Shown: in pieces, positions 48,605 to 58,605 of the stretch
Layout of the letters: each line of letters opens with the position of its first letter
Numbering within the stretch: the first letter of the stretch is position 1
Assembly (NCBI GenBank): GCA_964621445.1
Contig: CAZUNO010000006.1
Span: 22,011 to 86,010 of the forward strand
Reading direction: 5' to 3'
DNA: 64,000 bases
DNA from: Candidatus Hadarchaeota archaeon
GTDB taxonomy: Archaea > CAYQAE01 > CAYVLA01
Notes under the pieces: model-generated
What the model was told of the DNA's origin: nothing
What the model saw: only the letters and a program-made list of their open reading frames with translations
Database searches by the model: none
Program-made: the position numbers and the translations under genes

Positions 48605-49440
48605 TGGGTCTAGCAAAGAGGATAATTCCCTGTCTTGACTGCGACTTGGCGGTTCCAGGGGGCAGAGTGATCAAAGGCGTGAAGTTCAAGAGACATGTGT
48701 ATGCTGGGAACCCCGTGGAGAGGGCCAAGATGTATGACGATCAGGGAGCCGATGAGATCACTTTCCTGGATGTAACGGCCTCGCACGAGAGGAGGAGGAC
48801 AATGAGCGATGTCGTTGAGCGTACCACCGATCATGTGTTCATCCCAGTGACCGTTGGGGGAGGTATACGCAAGGTGGAGGATTTCGTCAGAATGCTAAGG
48901 GCGGGTGCGGACAAGTGTTCGATTAACACCGCTGCGATTGAAAATCCCCAGATTTTAGGGAAGGCGGCGGAGGTAGTTGGATCTCAGGCCGTGGTTATTT
49001 CAATTGATGCCCAGAGACGCCCGGCGGAGACCGGCAGCCCGGACACAACGGTCATAGACACCCAATGGGGACCAAGCTGGTATGAGTGCATTACCTATGG
49101 GGGCCGAAAGGAGACCGGTATTGATGCCATATCCTGGGCCGGGCAGGCGGAGGACCTGGGTGCAGGGGAGATTTTGCTAAACAGCATAGAGACCGATGGA
49201 ATGCAATCCGGATACGATTGGGCATTAACAAGGGAGGTATCGGAGCTGGTCGATATACCGGTGATAGCCTCCGGGGGGTGCGGCAAACCCGATGATTTCT
49301 ACCAGGCATTTGACAGGGGAAAGGCCCATGCAGCCCTGGCTGCTAGCATCTTCCATTTCGATAAATACACGGTCGGAGATATCAAGAGGTACCTGGAGGA
49401 AAAAGGTGTTAGTGTCAGGCCTCCGGAACCCGGGAACTAG
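48604..49440 (+). CDS. hisF: Imidazole glycerol phosphate synthase cyclase subunit
   Basis: [41 protein letters not shown]; TGATG overlap with hisH. Confidence 0.95.
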   Translation: MGLAKRIIPCLDCDLAVPGGRVIKGVKFKRHVYAGNPVERAKMYDDQGADEITFLDVTASHERRRTMSDVVERTTDHVFIPVTVGGGIRKVEDFVRMLRAGADKCSINTAAIENPQILGKAAEVVGSQAVVISIDAQRRPAETGSPDTTVIDTQWGPSWYECITYGGRKETGIDAISWAGQAEDLGAGEILLNSIETDGMQSGYDWALTREVSELVDIPVIASGGCGKPDDFYQAFDRGKAHAALAASIFHFDKYTVGDIKRYLEEKGVSVRPPEPGN

Positions 49441-50573
49441 GGAAGCGATTTTATGAAACTGTCGAACAGAAACATGGAGTCGTGGGGACCTGGAGTGGCC
49501 TCGGGGTGGAATTGGATGGTTACGATCTGGTAGTCCTGATGGACAAGCCCCTCGATACTGCCGTCATTCAGGTTCTTCATGGTTATTCTAAGTCCCGTGT
49601 TCTCCAGCGATTCTGGGTCAATGCTGAAGCCGTGGTTCTGAGTGGTGATATAGACCTTGTTCCGGACCATGTCCTTAACAGGGTGGTTACCGCCCCTGTG
49701 ACCGAATCTCATCTTGTAGGTAGTGGCACCCAGGGCCATGGCGGTTAATTGATGGCCCATGCAGATGCTCATGATTGGGAAATCGGGAGCAAGGTCCTTG
49801 ATCGTTTCTATGGTCACCTTTACTCTAGAGGGGTCCCCTGGTCCGTTGCTCACCATTACAAAATCCGGTTCGTAAGAGGCGACCTGATCCGGCGTTGAGT
49901 CGTAGGGTAGGACAACGACATCCGCGCCCCGCTTGGCAATTCTGGTAACTATGCTCCTTTTCATGCCGCAATCGATGATGGCACACCTTTTTCCTGCCTT
50001 GAGGTCAACGACCCCGGTTACTTTTTTGCAGTCCCCAACCCGGTAAAATTGGGGTCTATCGGGTGATACAAGCGGTACGAAATCAAAATCCGAAAGGGGA
50101 GGTCTTTCCTCGGCATCTTTCACCAGCTCCTGGGCGTCGATTGCCTTATCTGAGACCTCGAGCGCCGCGTTCATGACCCCTTTATCCCGGATATTGATGG
50201 TTATCTCTCTGGTGTCAACTCCTTGAATACCCGGAACCCCGTTCTTCTCAAGGTATTCATGGATGGTCATGGATTTGTGCCTATGACTAGGGTGTTCACA
50301 TGCCTCTCTCACGATAAAGCCGGAAGGCTGTATATGGTCGGACTCAAATCTATCAGGATGGGATTCTGGATCGGCTACGCCGTAGTTACCGATCATTGGA
50401 TAGGTCATCATCAGGAGCTGACCGACAAAGCTGGGGTCAGTAAGCGTTTCCTCATATCCAGTCATGGTTGTATCAAAGACAAGTTCGCCTACTGCTCTTC
50501 CCATAGCGCCAAACCCCTTTCCCTTGTATATTGATCCATCAGCCAGGGCCAGGACAGCGTTGAGCTCTTCCAT
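49437..50573 (-). CDS. carA: Carbamoyl phosphate synthase small subunit
   Basis: [54 protein letters not shown]. Confidence 0.96.
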   Translation of the reverse strand: MEELNAVLALADGSIYKGKGFGAMGRAVGELVFDTTMTGYEETLTDPSFVGQLLMMTYPMIGNYGVADPESHPDRFESDHIQPSGFIVREACEHPSHRHKSMTIHEYLEKNGVPGIQGVDTREITINIRDKGVMNAALEVSDKAIDAQELVKDAEERPPLSDFDFVPLVSPDRPQFYRVGDCKKVTGVVDLKAGKRCAIIDCGMKRSIVTRIAKRGADVVVLPYDSTPDQVASYEPDFVMVSNGPGDPSRVKVTIETIKDLAPDFPIMSICMGHQLTAMALGATTYKMRFGHRGGNHPVKDMVRNKVYITTQNHGFSIDPESLENTGLRITMKNLNDGSIEGLVHQDYQIVTIQFHPEATPGPHDSMFLFDSFIKSLP

Positions 50574-50658
50574 GTTAATTCCACTGCCGACTAATCCGGA
50601 TGTGCTTATTTGTCTTTCCCGGAGAGCTCCTCATCGCTAACCTGAGGTAGGTGGCCCT

Positions 50659-51321
50659 CTATTCATTGAGTCTAAAATCAAGGAGAGATTCTATTTCCCT
50701 GCTCTTCTTAGGGCCCAATCCCTCGATTTCGGATATTTCCTCGCCCGAGATGTGGAAGAGGTTTCTAAGACATTTGATTTTTTCGAGAATTCTTCCTGCG
50801 AGAACCGGTCCGATGCCGGGAAACGATGCCAGTATGGCCAATGCGTACTCCTTTTTGGTGTAAGACCTGCACCTGGGTATGGCTATTCCCAAGGTGGGTC
50901 CCTGTGACCAATTCCTTTTGGCGAGTAGGGAGATCAAAAGAGCGGACCGGCGTACATCCGGGGTGTGCAGGACCTTTACAGGGGAGGAGAGGGTGATTTT
51001 GGATAGGTAGCCATAATAAGATTTAATGTTGAACTCCCTGGGAAATCCCATTGTCCTGCCTTCAATGAGCAGAATCGGGATCTCATGCATTTCGGCCATG
51101 TATTTGAGCTGGCGATCGAGCCTTCCCGAATACATGGAGGATAAAAAGTCCGAGAGGGTCTTCCTCTCAATGCATGCCGAATCGGATATAACATAATCGC
51201 CGCATGTTAATGCTCTACATTCAGGGTTTACACCCAGTCTGTTCAGAGCCCTTCTCATCTGGGGCGGTTCATAGGTATCAATGACCAGATTCCGTTCAGG
51301 GCAGGTTGGGGAGCTGCGCAC
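50659..51321 (-). CDS. Short XPF/ERCC4 structure-specific endonuclease (nuclease plus HhH2, no helicase)
   Basis: GDYVIS...IERKT..DF..S...GRL..Q; HhH motifs FPGIGP and IEGLGPKK. Confidence 0.9.
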   Translation of the reverse strand: MRSSPTCPERNLVIDTYEPPQMRRALNRLGVNPECRALTCGDYVISDSACIERKTLSDFLSSMYSGRLDRQLKYMAEMHEIPILLIEGRTMGFPREFNIKSYYGYLSKITLSSPVKVLHTPDVRRSALLISLLAKRNWSQGPTLGIAIPRCRSYTKKEYALAILASFPGIGPVLAGRILEKIKCLRNLFHISGEEISEIEGLGPKKSREIESLLDFRLNE

Positions 51322-51437
51322 ACCACGATATCCAATTGCCGAAATGTAATATGAAATTTTTCCAGAGTTGAGTTTAAGGATGTTTAAGCTTTAGTTGGAT
51401 GAGGGTAAATAAGGACCAGGATTGGTGAGCATTAATA

Positions 51438-52757
51438 TTGGTTCAGCAACCGGCAATACCCATGCCAATGCCTAAGGGAGACATGCAGCTGATGATCGGC
51501 ATGGGGGAACCACCTACGAGGTCAGTTGAAATGATAAGGAGGGCCGGGGAAAGTTTGGGATTGGATGAACGAATAATCACAGAGCTAGTAAGTCCCCAGG
51601 AGGTAAAGATATTCAGGGTACCAACCAAGACCCTGGGAAGGGTAATCATTCACTGGGGATGTATGTCCCTCCACAATAATGCAAGGGGCCCCTATAAGGG
51701 AGGTATAAGGTTAACCGAGAATGTTACCCTGTGGGAAACGGTTGAGCTTTCTCGCCTAATGACCCTGAAGACGGCGGTCAATGACATCGAATTGGGAGGG
51801 GGTAAGACCGGTATCAGGGTTGATATGCCCAAGATGTACCGGATTTTCAATCGACGGCCCCGGGACCCGGATTTTGAGAGGATAATTCGTATTGATGTGA
51901 TGGAGTACTTCGCATACCATTTCCGAGAGATCTTTGCCAGTCACGAATACGTACCAGCCCCGGATGTGAACACCGGCGGGGAAGAGATGGCCGTGATCTT
52001 CAACCAGACCATGGACCCGGCCTCGGTTACCGGGAAGCCATCAGGCGTCCACGGGTGGCTCCCGGGTAGAAGAGAGGCCACAGGAAGGGGGTGTTTTGAG
52101 GTTTGCCGGTTGGCCTCTGAGCATCAATTGGATAAGGACCTATCGGAGTGCAGAGTAGCAATTCAGGGATTCGGCAACGTCGGGGGCTGGGCGGCAAGGT
52201 TCCTATATGAGAATGGAGCGGATATAATAGCAGTTACCGATTCGCGCGGGGGTGCATATGATAAGGATGGTCTTGATATCCCAGGGCTCAAGGAATACAA
52301 GAAGGAGCAGGGAATGGTGTCCGGTTTCTCGGGAGAGATCGGAAATGAGGACCTATTCAAGCTAGACACCGATATCACCATACCGGCCGCGCTTGGCGGG
52401 GCAATTAACAAGGGAAACGCCGGGGATATCAACTCGGACATAGTTGTGGAGGGCGCAAACATGCCGGTGACCTGCGAGGGAATGAGAATCCTGGAAAGGA
52501 AAGGGGTGCGCGTGGTCCCCGATATCATTGCCAATGCGGGCGGGGTCATAGCTTCCATGGAGGAGTATTCGGGATCGCTTTCAGCGGTTAAGACCCCGAA
52601 GTCCAAGGTTTTCGATGTCATAGGTGACAGAATCGAGAGTAGCTACCTCGACGCCCTGGATTTTGCGGAAAGCGAGGATATTGAGTTGGCTGATGCAGCC
52701 GTACAGATAGCCACTGAGCGGGTTTATGAGGTCATGAAGAAGAGAAGCCTGATCTGA
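51438..52757 (+). CDS. Glu/Leu/Phe/Val dehydrogenase, probably glutamate dehydrogenase
   Basis: HNNARGPYKGGIR, MTLK, GGGKTG, PAPDVNT, IQGFGNVG, EGANMP, PDIIANAGGV. Confidence 0.92.
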   Translation: MVQQPAIPMPMPKGDMQLMIGMGEPPTRSVEMIRRAGESLGLDERIITELVSPQEVKIFRVPTKTLGRVIIHWGCMSLHNNARGPYKGGIRLTENVTLWETVELSRLMTLKTAVNDIELGGGKTGIRVDMPKMYRIFNRRPRDPDFERIIRIDVMEYFAYHFREIFASHEYVPAPDVNTGGEEMAVIFNQTMDPASVTGKPSGVHGWLPGRREATGRGCFEVCRLASEHQLDKDLSECRVAIQGFGNVGGWAARFLYENGADIIAVTDSRGGAYDKDGLDIPGLKEYKKEQGMVSGFSGEIGNEDLFKLDTDITIPAALGGAINKGNAGDINSDIVVEGANMPVTCEGMRILERKGVRVVPDIIANAGGVIASMEEYSGSLSAVKTPKSKVFDVIGDRIESSYLDALDFAESEDIELADAAVQIATERVYEVMKKRSLI

Positions 52758-52810
52758 AATTTTAAAAGGGAACATTATTTTGATACCGACCTAATGGTTA
52801 GGTGATAAAC

Positions 52811-53914
52811 ATGGAGTACAAGACTCTTGGTAGTACAGGACTTGAGGTTTCGGTAATCGGATTTGGTTCCATAAAGCTCCCAATGCTGACCCAGGGAAAG
52901 GCCACCGAGGTAATTAACAGGGAGCTCGATCTTGGTGTAAATTTCATCGACACGGCTAGAGCCTACGGTGATAGCGAGAGAAAGGTGGGAGTTGCCACCA
53001 AGGGAAGAAGGGATGATTTCTACCTGGCCACTAAGACGAATCAGAGAACTGTGGAGGAGGCTAAAAAGGACCTCCGGACCAGCCTATCCGAACTAGATAT
53101 GAACAAGATCGACCTCTGGCAACTTCACACGGTGAGCGACCGTGATCTCTGGAAGAAGGTTATGGGGCCTGGCGGAGCACTGGAGGCAGCCAAATGGGCC
53201 AAGAAAGAGGGATATGTGGATCATATAGGAATCACCATACATCGTGACCTCAGCGTCATGCGAGATGCTATCGAGTCCGGGGAATTCGAGACCATCATGG
53301 TTGCCTACTCCATAATTGACCAGGAGGGAGTTGAGGATGAGATACTTCCCCTGGCAAAGGACCATGACATGGGGGTAATAGTCATGAAACCACTCTCGGG
53401 GGGAATGATGGTAACCCCCACCGAGGAGGATGAACCCAAGCCGGAATATGATCCCATAGTTAGAGGAAACCTCAGGTACATAATCTCCAATCCTGCAGTA
53501 ACCACCACGATACCGGGGATCCGTCGGCTGTCAGAGGTGGAGGAGAACTGTGCAGTGGGGGAGAGTACCGAACCTTTGAGCGAAGAGGAACACGCCGAGC
53601 TTATGAAGAAGATCGGTCAAATGGGAATGTCCTTTAGATACGAGCAGACGTGCCTGGGCTGCGGGTATTGCCTGCCCTGCCCAAACGGGATAAACATTCC
53701 CGAGGTTTTCAAAGCCCTCCAGGAGTACCAGGGGTACCCGGACAATCTCAAGTACATGGGGCTGGAGACCTACAAGTCCCTTGAAGTCACCCCCGAGGTC
53801 TGTACAGAGTGCAGGCAATGCATGGAGAAGTGCCCCACCGGTTTTGATATCCCGGCAAGACTACAAGAGGCAAAAAAAGTGCTTGAGCAGGCAATCGAGG
53901 AGGAAGGCGGGTAG
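52811..53914 (+). CDS. Aldo/keto reductase with C-terminal 4Fe-4S dicluster domain
   Basis: LGSTGLEVS, FIDTARAYG, LATK, MKPLSGG; CLGCGYCLPCP and CTECRQCMEKCP; GGTGA SD before ATG 52811. Confidence 0.93.
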   Translation: MEYKTLGSTGLEVSVIGFGSIKLPMLTQGKATEVINRELDLGVNFIDTARAYGDSERKVGVATKGRRDDFYLATKTNQRTVEEAKKDLRTSLSELDMNKIDLWQLHTVSDRDLWKKVMGPGGALEAAKWAKKEGYVDHIGITIHRDLSVMRDAIESGEFETIMVAYSIIDQEGVEDEILPLAKDHDMGVIVMKPLSGGMMVTPTEEDEPKPEYDPIVRGNLRYIISNPAVTTTIPGIRRLSEVEENCAVGESTEPLSEEEHAELMKKIGQMGMSFRYEQTCLGCGYCLPCPNGINIPEVFKALQEYQGYPDNLKYMGLETYKSLEVTPEVCTECRQCMEKCPTGFDIPARLQEAKKVLEQAIEEEGG

Positions 53915-54018
53915 AGTCCAAGGTCCAGATTGATGGACTTTTTAAGTTAATGAGCCCGATTTAGGGGAAGAACCACGCGGAATATCTTGGTGGGACTTCA
54001 GGAAGCGATCTTGAACCC

Positions 54019-54996
54019 CTACGGGTTCGGATTTCGGAGAAAGGTGGCCCAATAAATGATAATGCAACCGATAGCGGCGCCCAGTATGGCCGATACGTTC
54101 TTGATCAGATCGGTATTCTCCGCTTTCCGTTCCCTTCTATCGGCCGCCTCCTGCAGTTCATTCAGGTGTTCCTTCCTGTTCTGGTAAAACTGGCTCGCCT
54201 GGTCGATGCTGTTTTCATACCTCTGTTCGGAGTTCCAAACCCACTCCAAGGAGTTGGTGAATAGGGTCTTGAATTCCAAATCATCCACGAAAAGACCATA
54301 GTAACTGGGCGCCCTGTGGAAATCATCGCCTCCGAAGGTAGCAAATGTGATGGAGAACCCCTCGTCAAGATACTTTACCATTGCCGGGGCGCCGGTGCTC
54401 TTCTCTGAAAATAGTATCTTATACTCGCCCGATTCCGGTTTCCTGGTCTGGATCTCATTGGCGGTCGTGTTGAAGTAAACGATTACCTTGTGCTGGGGTA
54501 TGCTGAAGGTTGAAACCCCCTCGGATATTTCGTCCTCTTCTTGCTTGATGAGCGTCATTATGAATTTTCTTTCCTCGGGGTTGTATTTTGGTGATCTATA
54601 TACATTTCCGAATATGGGGAACACGTTCTCGGAGGCGTTTTTGCTGGCAAGCTTTGATCCTGCAAAGCCCATCCCTATGAGACCTCCTCCACTCCCGAAG
54701 AAGGACTGTAAGGTGAGGTTCAGATCCTGTTGTATGTCGCTAGCAAGGGTTACCACCCCGACCTTGACGTCGGGGAAATACATGCTGACCTTGAAATCCT
54801 CGAGGGTATGGCATAGCCGTACCCGGGCTGGGTCAAATCTATCGTCCCCCTCGATCATTTCCTTAAGAGTATTCCCGTATTCTGGCGATTTTGGGGAGTA
54901 TATGAGAATAACGGGTTGAGTCTCATTGTCGACCTGGGCTGCGCAGATATTGGTGAAGATGATCATTGCCAAAAGAATGATGATGTTCTTGCGCAT
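54019..54996 (-). CDS. Family C surface protein (GATase/ThuA-like, coiled coil, C-terminal TM)
   Basis: Signal peptide; GGGLIGMG, ENVFPIFG, SGEYKILF, TFGG, RRERK plus TM align with 9218..10252. Confidence 0.8.
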   Translation of the reverse strand: MRKNIIILLAMIIFTNICAAQVDNETQPVILIYSPKSPEYGNTLKEMIEGDDRFDPARVRLCHTLEDFKVSMYFPDVKVGVVTLASDIQQDLNLTLQSFFGSGGGLIGMGFAGSKLASKNASENVFPIFGNVYRSPKYNPEERKFIMTLIKQEEDEISEGVSTFSIPQHKVIVYFNTTANEIQTRKPESGEYKILFSEKSTGAPAMVKYLDEGFSITFATFGGDDFHRAPSYYGLFVDDLEFKTLFTNSLEWVWNSEQRYENSIDQASQFYQNRKEHLNELQEAADRRERKAENTDLIKNVSAILGAAIGCIIIYWATFLRNPNP

Positions 54997-55131
54997 TGAC
55001 TTAGATCTGCTTATGCTCTCTGATAAGTATTTCGAGTTGATTGGGCTCCTGGCTTAATGGGGTATCGTTTTACGTGGAAAAGTACTTATAAGGTGGTAAT
55101 CAAGTTCCAAGTCCGGATGAGATGTTGAGCC

Positions 55132-55977
55132 TTGTTGGATAGGAGGCTTATTGGACTACTGGGCATGGCGGTACTGGTCTCGACCGCGTTCGCGGTCATA
55201 TTCTTCGTTGATACCACGGAGGAGGATATTGAGATAATCAGGAACTATTGGCAGGCCCCAAGTCTGGAAGGTTGGAAACGTCTTCCCCTATCAGAGGAAA
55301 TGGTGCCTTACACCCTCAGTCTGGTGGCAAGAAAGCCGCTCGAGGAACTATCCATCCGGTTTGGTATTCTGAGAAACAATACCCTGGATGTTAACTATAC
55401 AGGATGGCAGGACCTGAGCATCAAGCAGAAAGCCCTGAGGGTTGGTAGCCTGGACTATCTGGATTCCCGGGCCACCGATATCTCGGAGGGCCTGGATGTG
55501 GAACCGATTGAACAGGAATTTGAACTAGTTCTCCGGGAAGAGGAGTACCGAGTCTATATTATAGATTATCATCCCTGCATTGCACCCCTGGCTAGCCCAA
55601 TCGCGTCAATTGATGTTCCATACATCTTTGCGTTTCTGTTCGATGGAGAAGGGAACATCTCCCAGTATTATTCGGGATATTGGGACTTCTTTGAGAAGCG
55701 AGAGCTGAGCATTCAGGACATGACCATCCAGCTGAATGAAAATGCAACCAGATATGCCAATGATCAGAACATGGGCGAGGGAGATCTCCCCCTTAACAGG
55801 ACCTTGGAAATGCTGGGAAAGATCACCTTCAATGAATTGAAGCCCGATGATCGGGTGTTCATCACATATAGGGTCAATGGTGGGGCAGTGTTGGGGGAGG
55901 AAGCATTCATGCAGATAATCCGCCTAAACGTTAATGGGGAATATCGAACACCCCTCATCAATATACTGAAGAGATAG
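55132..55977 (+). CDS. Family B membrane-anchored protein
   Basis: N-terminal TM; TLSLVARKPLEELSIRF, FAFLF...SGYWDF and GKITFNEL align with 8363..9217. Confidence 0.8.
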   Translation: MLDRRLIGLLGMAVLVSTAFAVIFFVDTTEEDIEIIRNYWQAPSLEGWKRLPLSEEMVPYTLSLVARKPLEELSIRFGILRNNTLDVNYTGWQDLSIKQKALRVGSLDYLDSRATDISEGLDVEPIEQEFELVLREEEYRVYIIDYHPCIAPLASPIASIDVPYIFAFLFDGEGNISQYYSGYWDFFEKRELSIQDMTIQLNENATRYANDQNMGEGDLPLNRTLEMLGKITFNELKPDDRVFITYRVNGGAVLGEEAFMQIIRLNVNGEYRTPLINILKR

Positions 55978-55994
55978 CTTGTCTTCCCCGGATG

Positions 55995-57209
55995 CTAGTT
56001 TTCTTTCATTTTGGTCATCGATACCTCGCTGTAGAGGCGTCTTTTCACCATCAGGCTGTAAATCACGAATCCGGCCAGGATGGCCGTGCCGGTCACTGCG
56101 GTCCATTCGGTGAGGTAGACCCAGAACAGGGCATTTTCCTTCATCTCTATCGCTTTCTTATTAAGCTCCGAAAGCTTGTCTATCATGTCCTGAATCTCTT
56201 CGAGGGAGGCTTCATACTCCCCTTCCAGATAGAGGTCCCGAGCAATGGATCGACCATCATCTGCTTGCGCGATCTCCTCTTCGAGCTCGCCGGTGCTGGT
56301 GCCGAAGGAGTCAACAAAATCGATCATGGAATAAATCAGGTTCTTTTCGATGTTGTAATTATTGAAGGAATCTCTCAGATCGTGGATCAGGAATATATTG
56401 GATGGGAGATCCTTGCCCACCGAGTAGTAAATCATGTTTAGCATCAGATCACCGCCGTATTCGTTATCGTTCCTTCTCCTGAACCAGGACTCGTCCGCGT
56501 CTATTCCTATGACCCAGTTCTCTGCATCATTTTCCCCGTAAGTCCAGGAGATGACGAATTCCTCCTTTGGAACGTTTGAAAAACTCGGCTTAATGGCCCA
56601 GGCCCAGGTGGTGCTCCCGGCCTTGGGGTACATCGCTCTGGCCTTTTCGCCCTGGATTTTCTCGATGCCCAGCGGGACGAACATGGTAAACACCGGCGGG
56701 TTGTCCTCGACGACATCAACTTTGAAGGGAGCGAGCTCGGGTTTTTTGAAAATCTGGGTAAATTTTTGGGGGAATACCTCGGCAAGTGGCGATTGGGTCA
56801 GGGAATAATAGCCCTCGATATCCGGCCATAGAGTTAGCATTGAGGAGACGCCGGCGTCAACGGAATCCCTGAACCTGTTCATCTCCTTTCCGCTGAACCA
56901 TTCCATCCTTGGTTCAAGAAGAAGCAAAATATCATATTCATCCAACAGTCTTTCCAGGGTTCGCGGGGTATATATTCGAGTGATCTTCTTGGCCTCGGAA
57001 GCGCTGAGAAATCCGACATCGGTTGGTAGTTCCTGCCACTGTATGGCGAAATCCAGGGAAAGCCACCCGAGAATGGGGGATTCTCCGAAACTGGTATCAC
57101 CGATGCACAGTACTCCGATTCTATTTGTTGAGTCAAAGTGTTGCGCGCAGTTACCTGCGGTTAACATCACAGAGAAAATTAATACTAGCAGAGGATACCG
57201 GAAGTACAT
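55995..57209 (-). CDS. Family A single-pass surface protein
   Basis: Signal peptide; RIYTPRTLERLLDEYD; VDSFGTST; ALFWVYLTEW...GFVIYSLMVKRRLY. Confidence 0.86.
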   Translation of the reverse strand: MYFRYPLLVLIFSVMLTAGNCAQHFDSTNRIGVLCIGDTSFGESPILGWLSLDFAIQWQELPTDVGFLSASEAKKITRIYTPRTLERLLDEYDILLLLEPRMEWFSGKEMNRFRDSVDAGVSSMLTLWPDIEGYYSLTQSPLAEVFPQKFTQIFKKPELAPFKVDVVEDNPPVFTMFVPLGIEKIQGEKARAMYPKAGSTTWAWAIKPSFSNVPKEEFVISWTYGENDAENWVIGIDADESWFRRRNDNEYGGDLMLNMIYYSVGKDLPSNIFLIHDLRDSFNNYNIEKNLIYSMIDFVDSFGTSTGELEEEIAQADDGRSIARDLYLEGEYEASLEEIQDMIDKLSELNKKAIEMKENALFWVYLTEWTAVTGTAILAGFVIYSLMVKRRLYSEVSMTKMKEN

Positions 57210-57289
57210 TATTGGCCCTTCCCTGTTTGCGCCCCCGATTATTGGTTAAAACTCTTATCCAGAGAATTGTATATCCAGGATATTGTCCT

Positions 57290-58534
57290 TTACCTTCCAC
57301 GTGTTGTCTTAACCCTGCGATATAGCCGTCTTCTCACCATCAGGGTCCAGGTTAAAAAACCGGCCATAGTAATTATCCCGGTTACGGTAAGCCACTCCAC
57401 CATGTATACCCAGAGCAGTGTGCTTTTCTTCATCTCCACGGCCTTCGATTCCAGCCGTTTTATCATATTGAAAATCTGGCTCATCTCGGCTGATGAAATC
57501 TCAAATTTCTGTGAAAGGTAGTTCTCCTCGGCCTTGGATCGCATGGACTCGATTTCCCCGATTTCGTCCTGGAGCTTCCGACTGCTGGCTCCGAACTTCT
57601 CGATAAAATCCAGTAGAGAGTATAGGCTGGAGAATCTTAGTTTATATTCCGTAAATTGATTTCTCAATCGGTGGACCACCAGGGGGTCCTGGGGCAGCTC
57701 CCAGCGACAGCTATACCACGCTATGTTAACGAAAATGTCTAGGGAAAAACGCTGCTTTCCGTCTGCTCCCCACCAGGACCCCCACATTGGGCTGACGAAC
57801 TGGTCGCCCGTTGCCCAGATCCTCGAACTTTCGTCCCCGTATTCCCAGGATAAAAGGAGGGGGCAGTTGATAAACCCCATATTTGCAAAGGACTGGATAT
57901 CCCTGGCCCTGGCCCACACGGTGGAGCCTTCCTTCTCGTGCAAGGCCCGCGTGTAGCCAAAGGGCTTAACCCTCTCTATTCCCAATTCCTTATATGGCCG
58001 GATCACTGGAGGCAGGGATTTGTCATCATTGATCTCCAGGGTATAGGGTTCAATTCCTTTATTGACTCCCTCCAGGAATCTCTCCTGGTCGTGGGGAAAA
58101 GCCCGGGGAAGCTTGGAATTCATCCACGGGCCGTATACCTCCTCATTTTGGCTCTGGGTAAATGCGAGAGATCCCTTTCCCTCATCCATGAGCATCTGGT
58201 AGAGCCATTCCACGTGCCGATTCTCAAAGTGGCCAAGAACCGGCTGGTCGAAAAGGAAATAATCATACTCAAGGAGATCCTCATAGCTCCGGGGAAAATA
58301 TATCCTTATGAATCTACGTAACTCGCTATTGCTAAATATGGCAGCGTGAATGGATCTGGATACCACGAGAGTTGAGGTCATGGAGGGCTCTATGCTGGTA
58401 AAAGCTGAAATCGGGCTATAGCTCGGATCAACCTGTCCAATGGCCAGGGTCTCTATTCGAATCCCGGATGCAATAGTCGACGGAAGGAATAGGAATAGAA
58501 TTATGAAGGTTTGCAGACAGGTCCTGGAACTCAT
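57290..58534 (-). CDS. Family A single-pass surface protein
   Basis: Signal peptide; RIYFPRSYEDLLEYD; IEKFGASS; LLWVYMVEW...GFLTWTLMVRRRLY. Confidence 0.86.
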   Translation of the reverse strand: MSSRTCLQTFIILFLFLPSTIASGIRIETLAIGQVDPSYSPISAFTSIEPSMTSTLVVSRSIHAAIFSNSELRRFIRIYFPRSYEDLLEYDYFLFDQPVLGHFENRHVEWLYQMLMDEGKGSLAFTQSQNEEVYGPWMNSKLPRAFPHDQERFLEGVNKGIEPYTLEINDDKSLPPVIRPYKELGIERVKPFGYTRALHEKEGSTVWARARDIQSFANMGFINCPLLLSWEYGDESSRIWATGDQFVSPMWGSWWGADGKQRFSLDIFVNIAWYSCRWELPQDPLVVHRLRNQFTEYKLRFSSLYSLLDFIEKFGASSRKLQDEIGEIESMRSKAEENYLSQKFEISSAEMSQIFNMIKRLESKAVEMKKSTLLWVYMVEWLTVTGIITMAGFLTWTLMVRRRLYRRVKTTRGR

Positions 58535-58605
58535 TCGTTCTGTGTATTACCGGGGCGACCACTTATTTCTATTCCGGTCTCTATGACTAAAGTAGAGCCA
58601 AGCTT

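Noticed and set aside
47996-50573. Functional link between hisH/carA glutamine amidotransferases and the GATase-like heads of families A and C
   Set aside because: HisH and CarA are ordinary cytoplasmic enzymes with intact triads; a shared fold alone implies no link.
1-58534. Diversity-generating retroelement or cassette switching as the source of family A variation
   Set aside because: No reverse transcriptase, recombinase or near-identical template/variable repeats seen; the copies diverge along their whole length.
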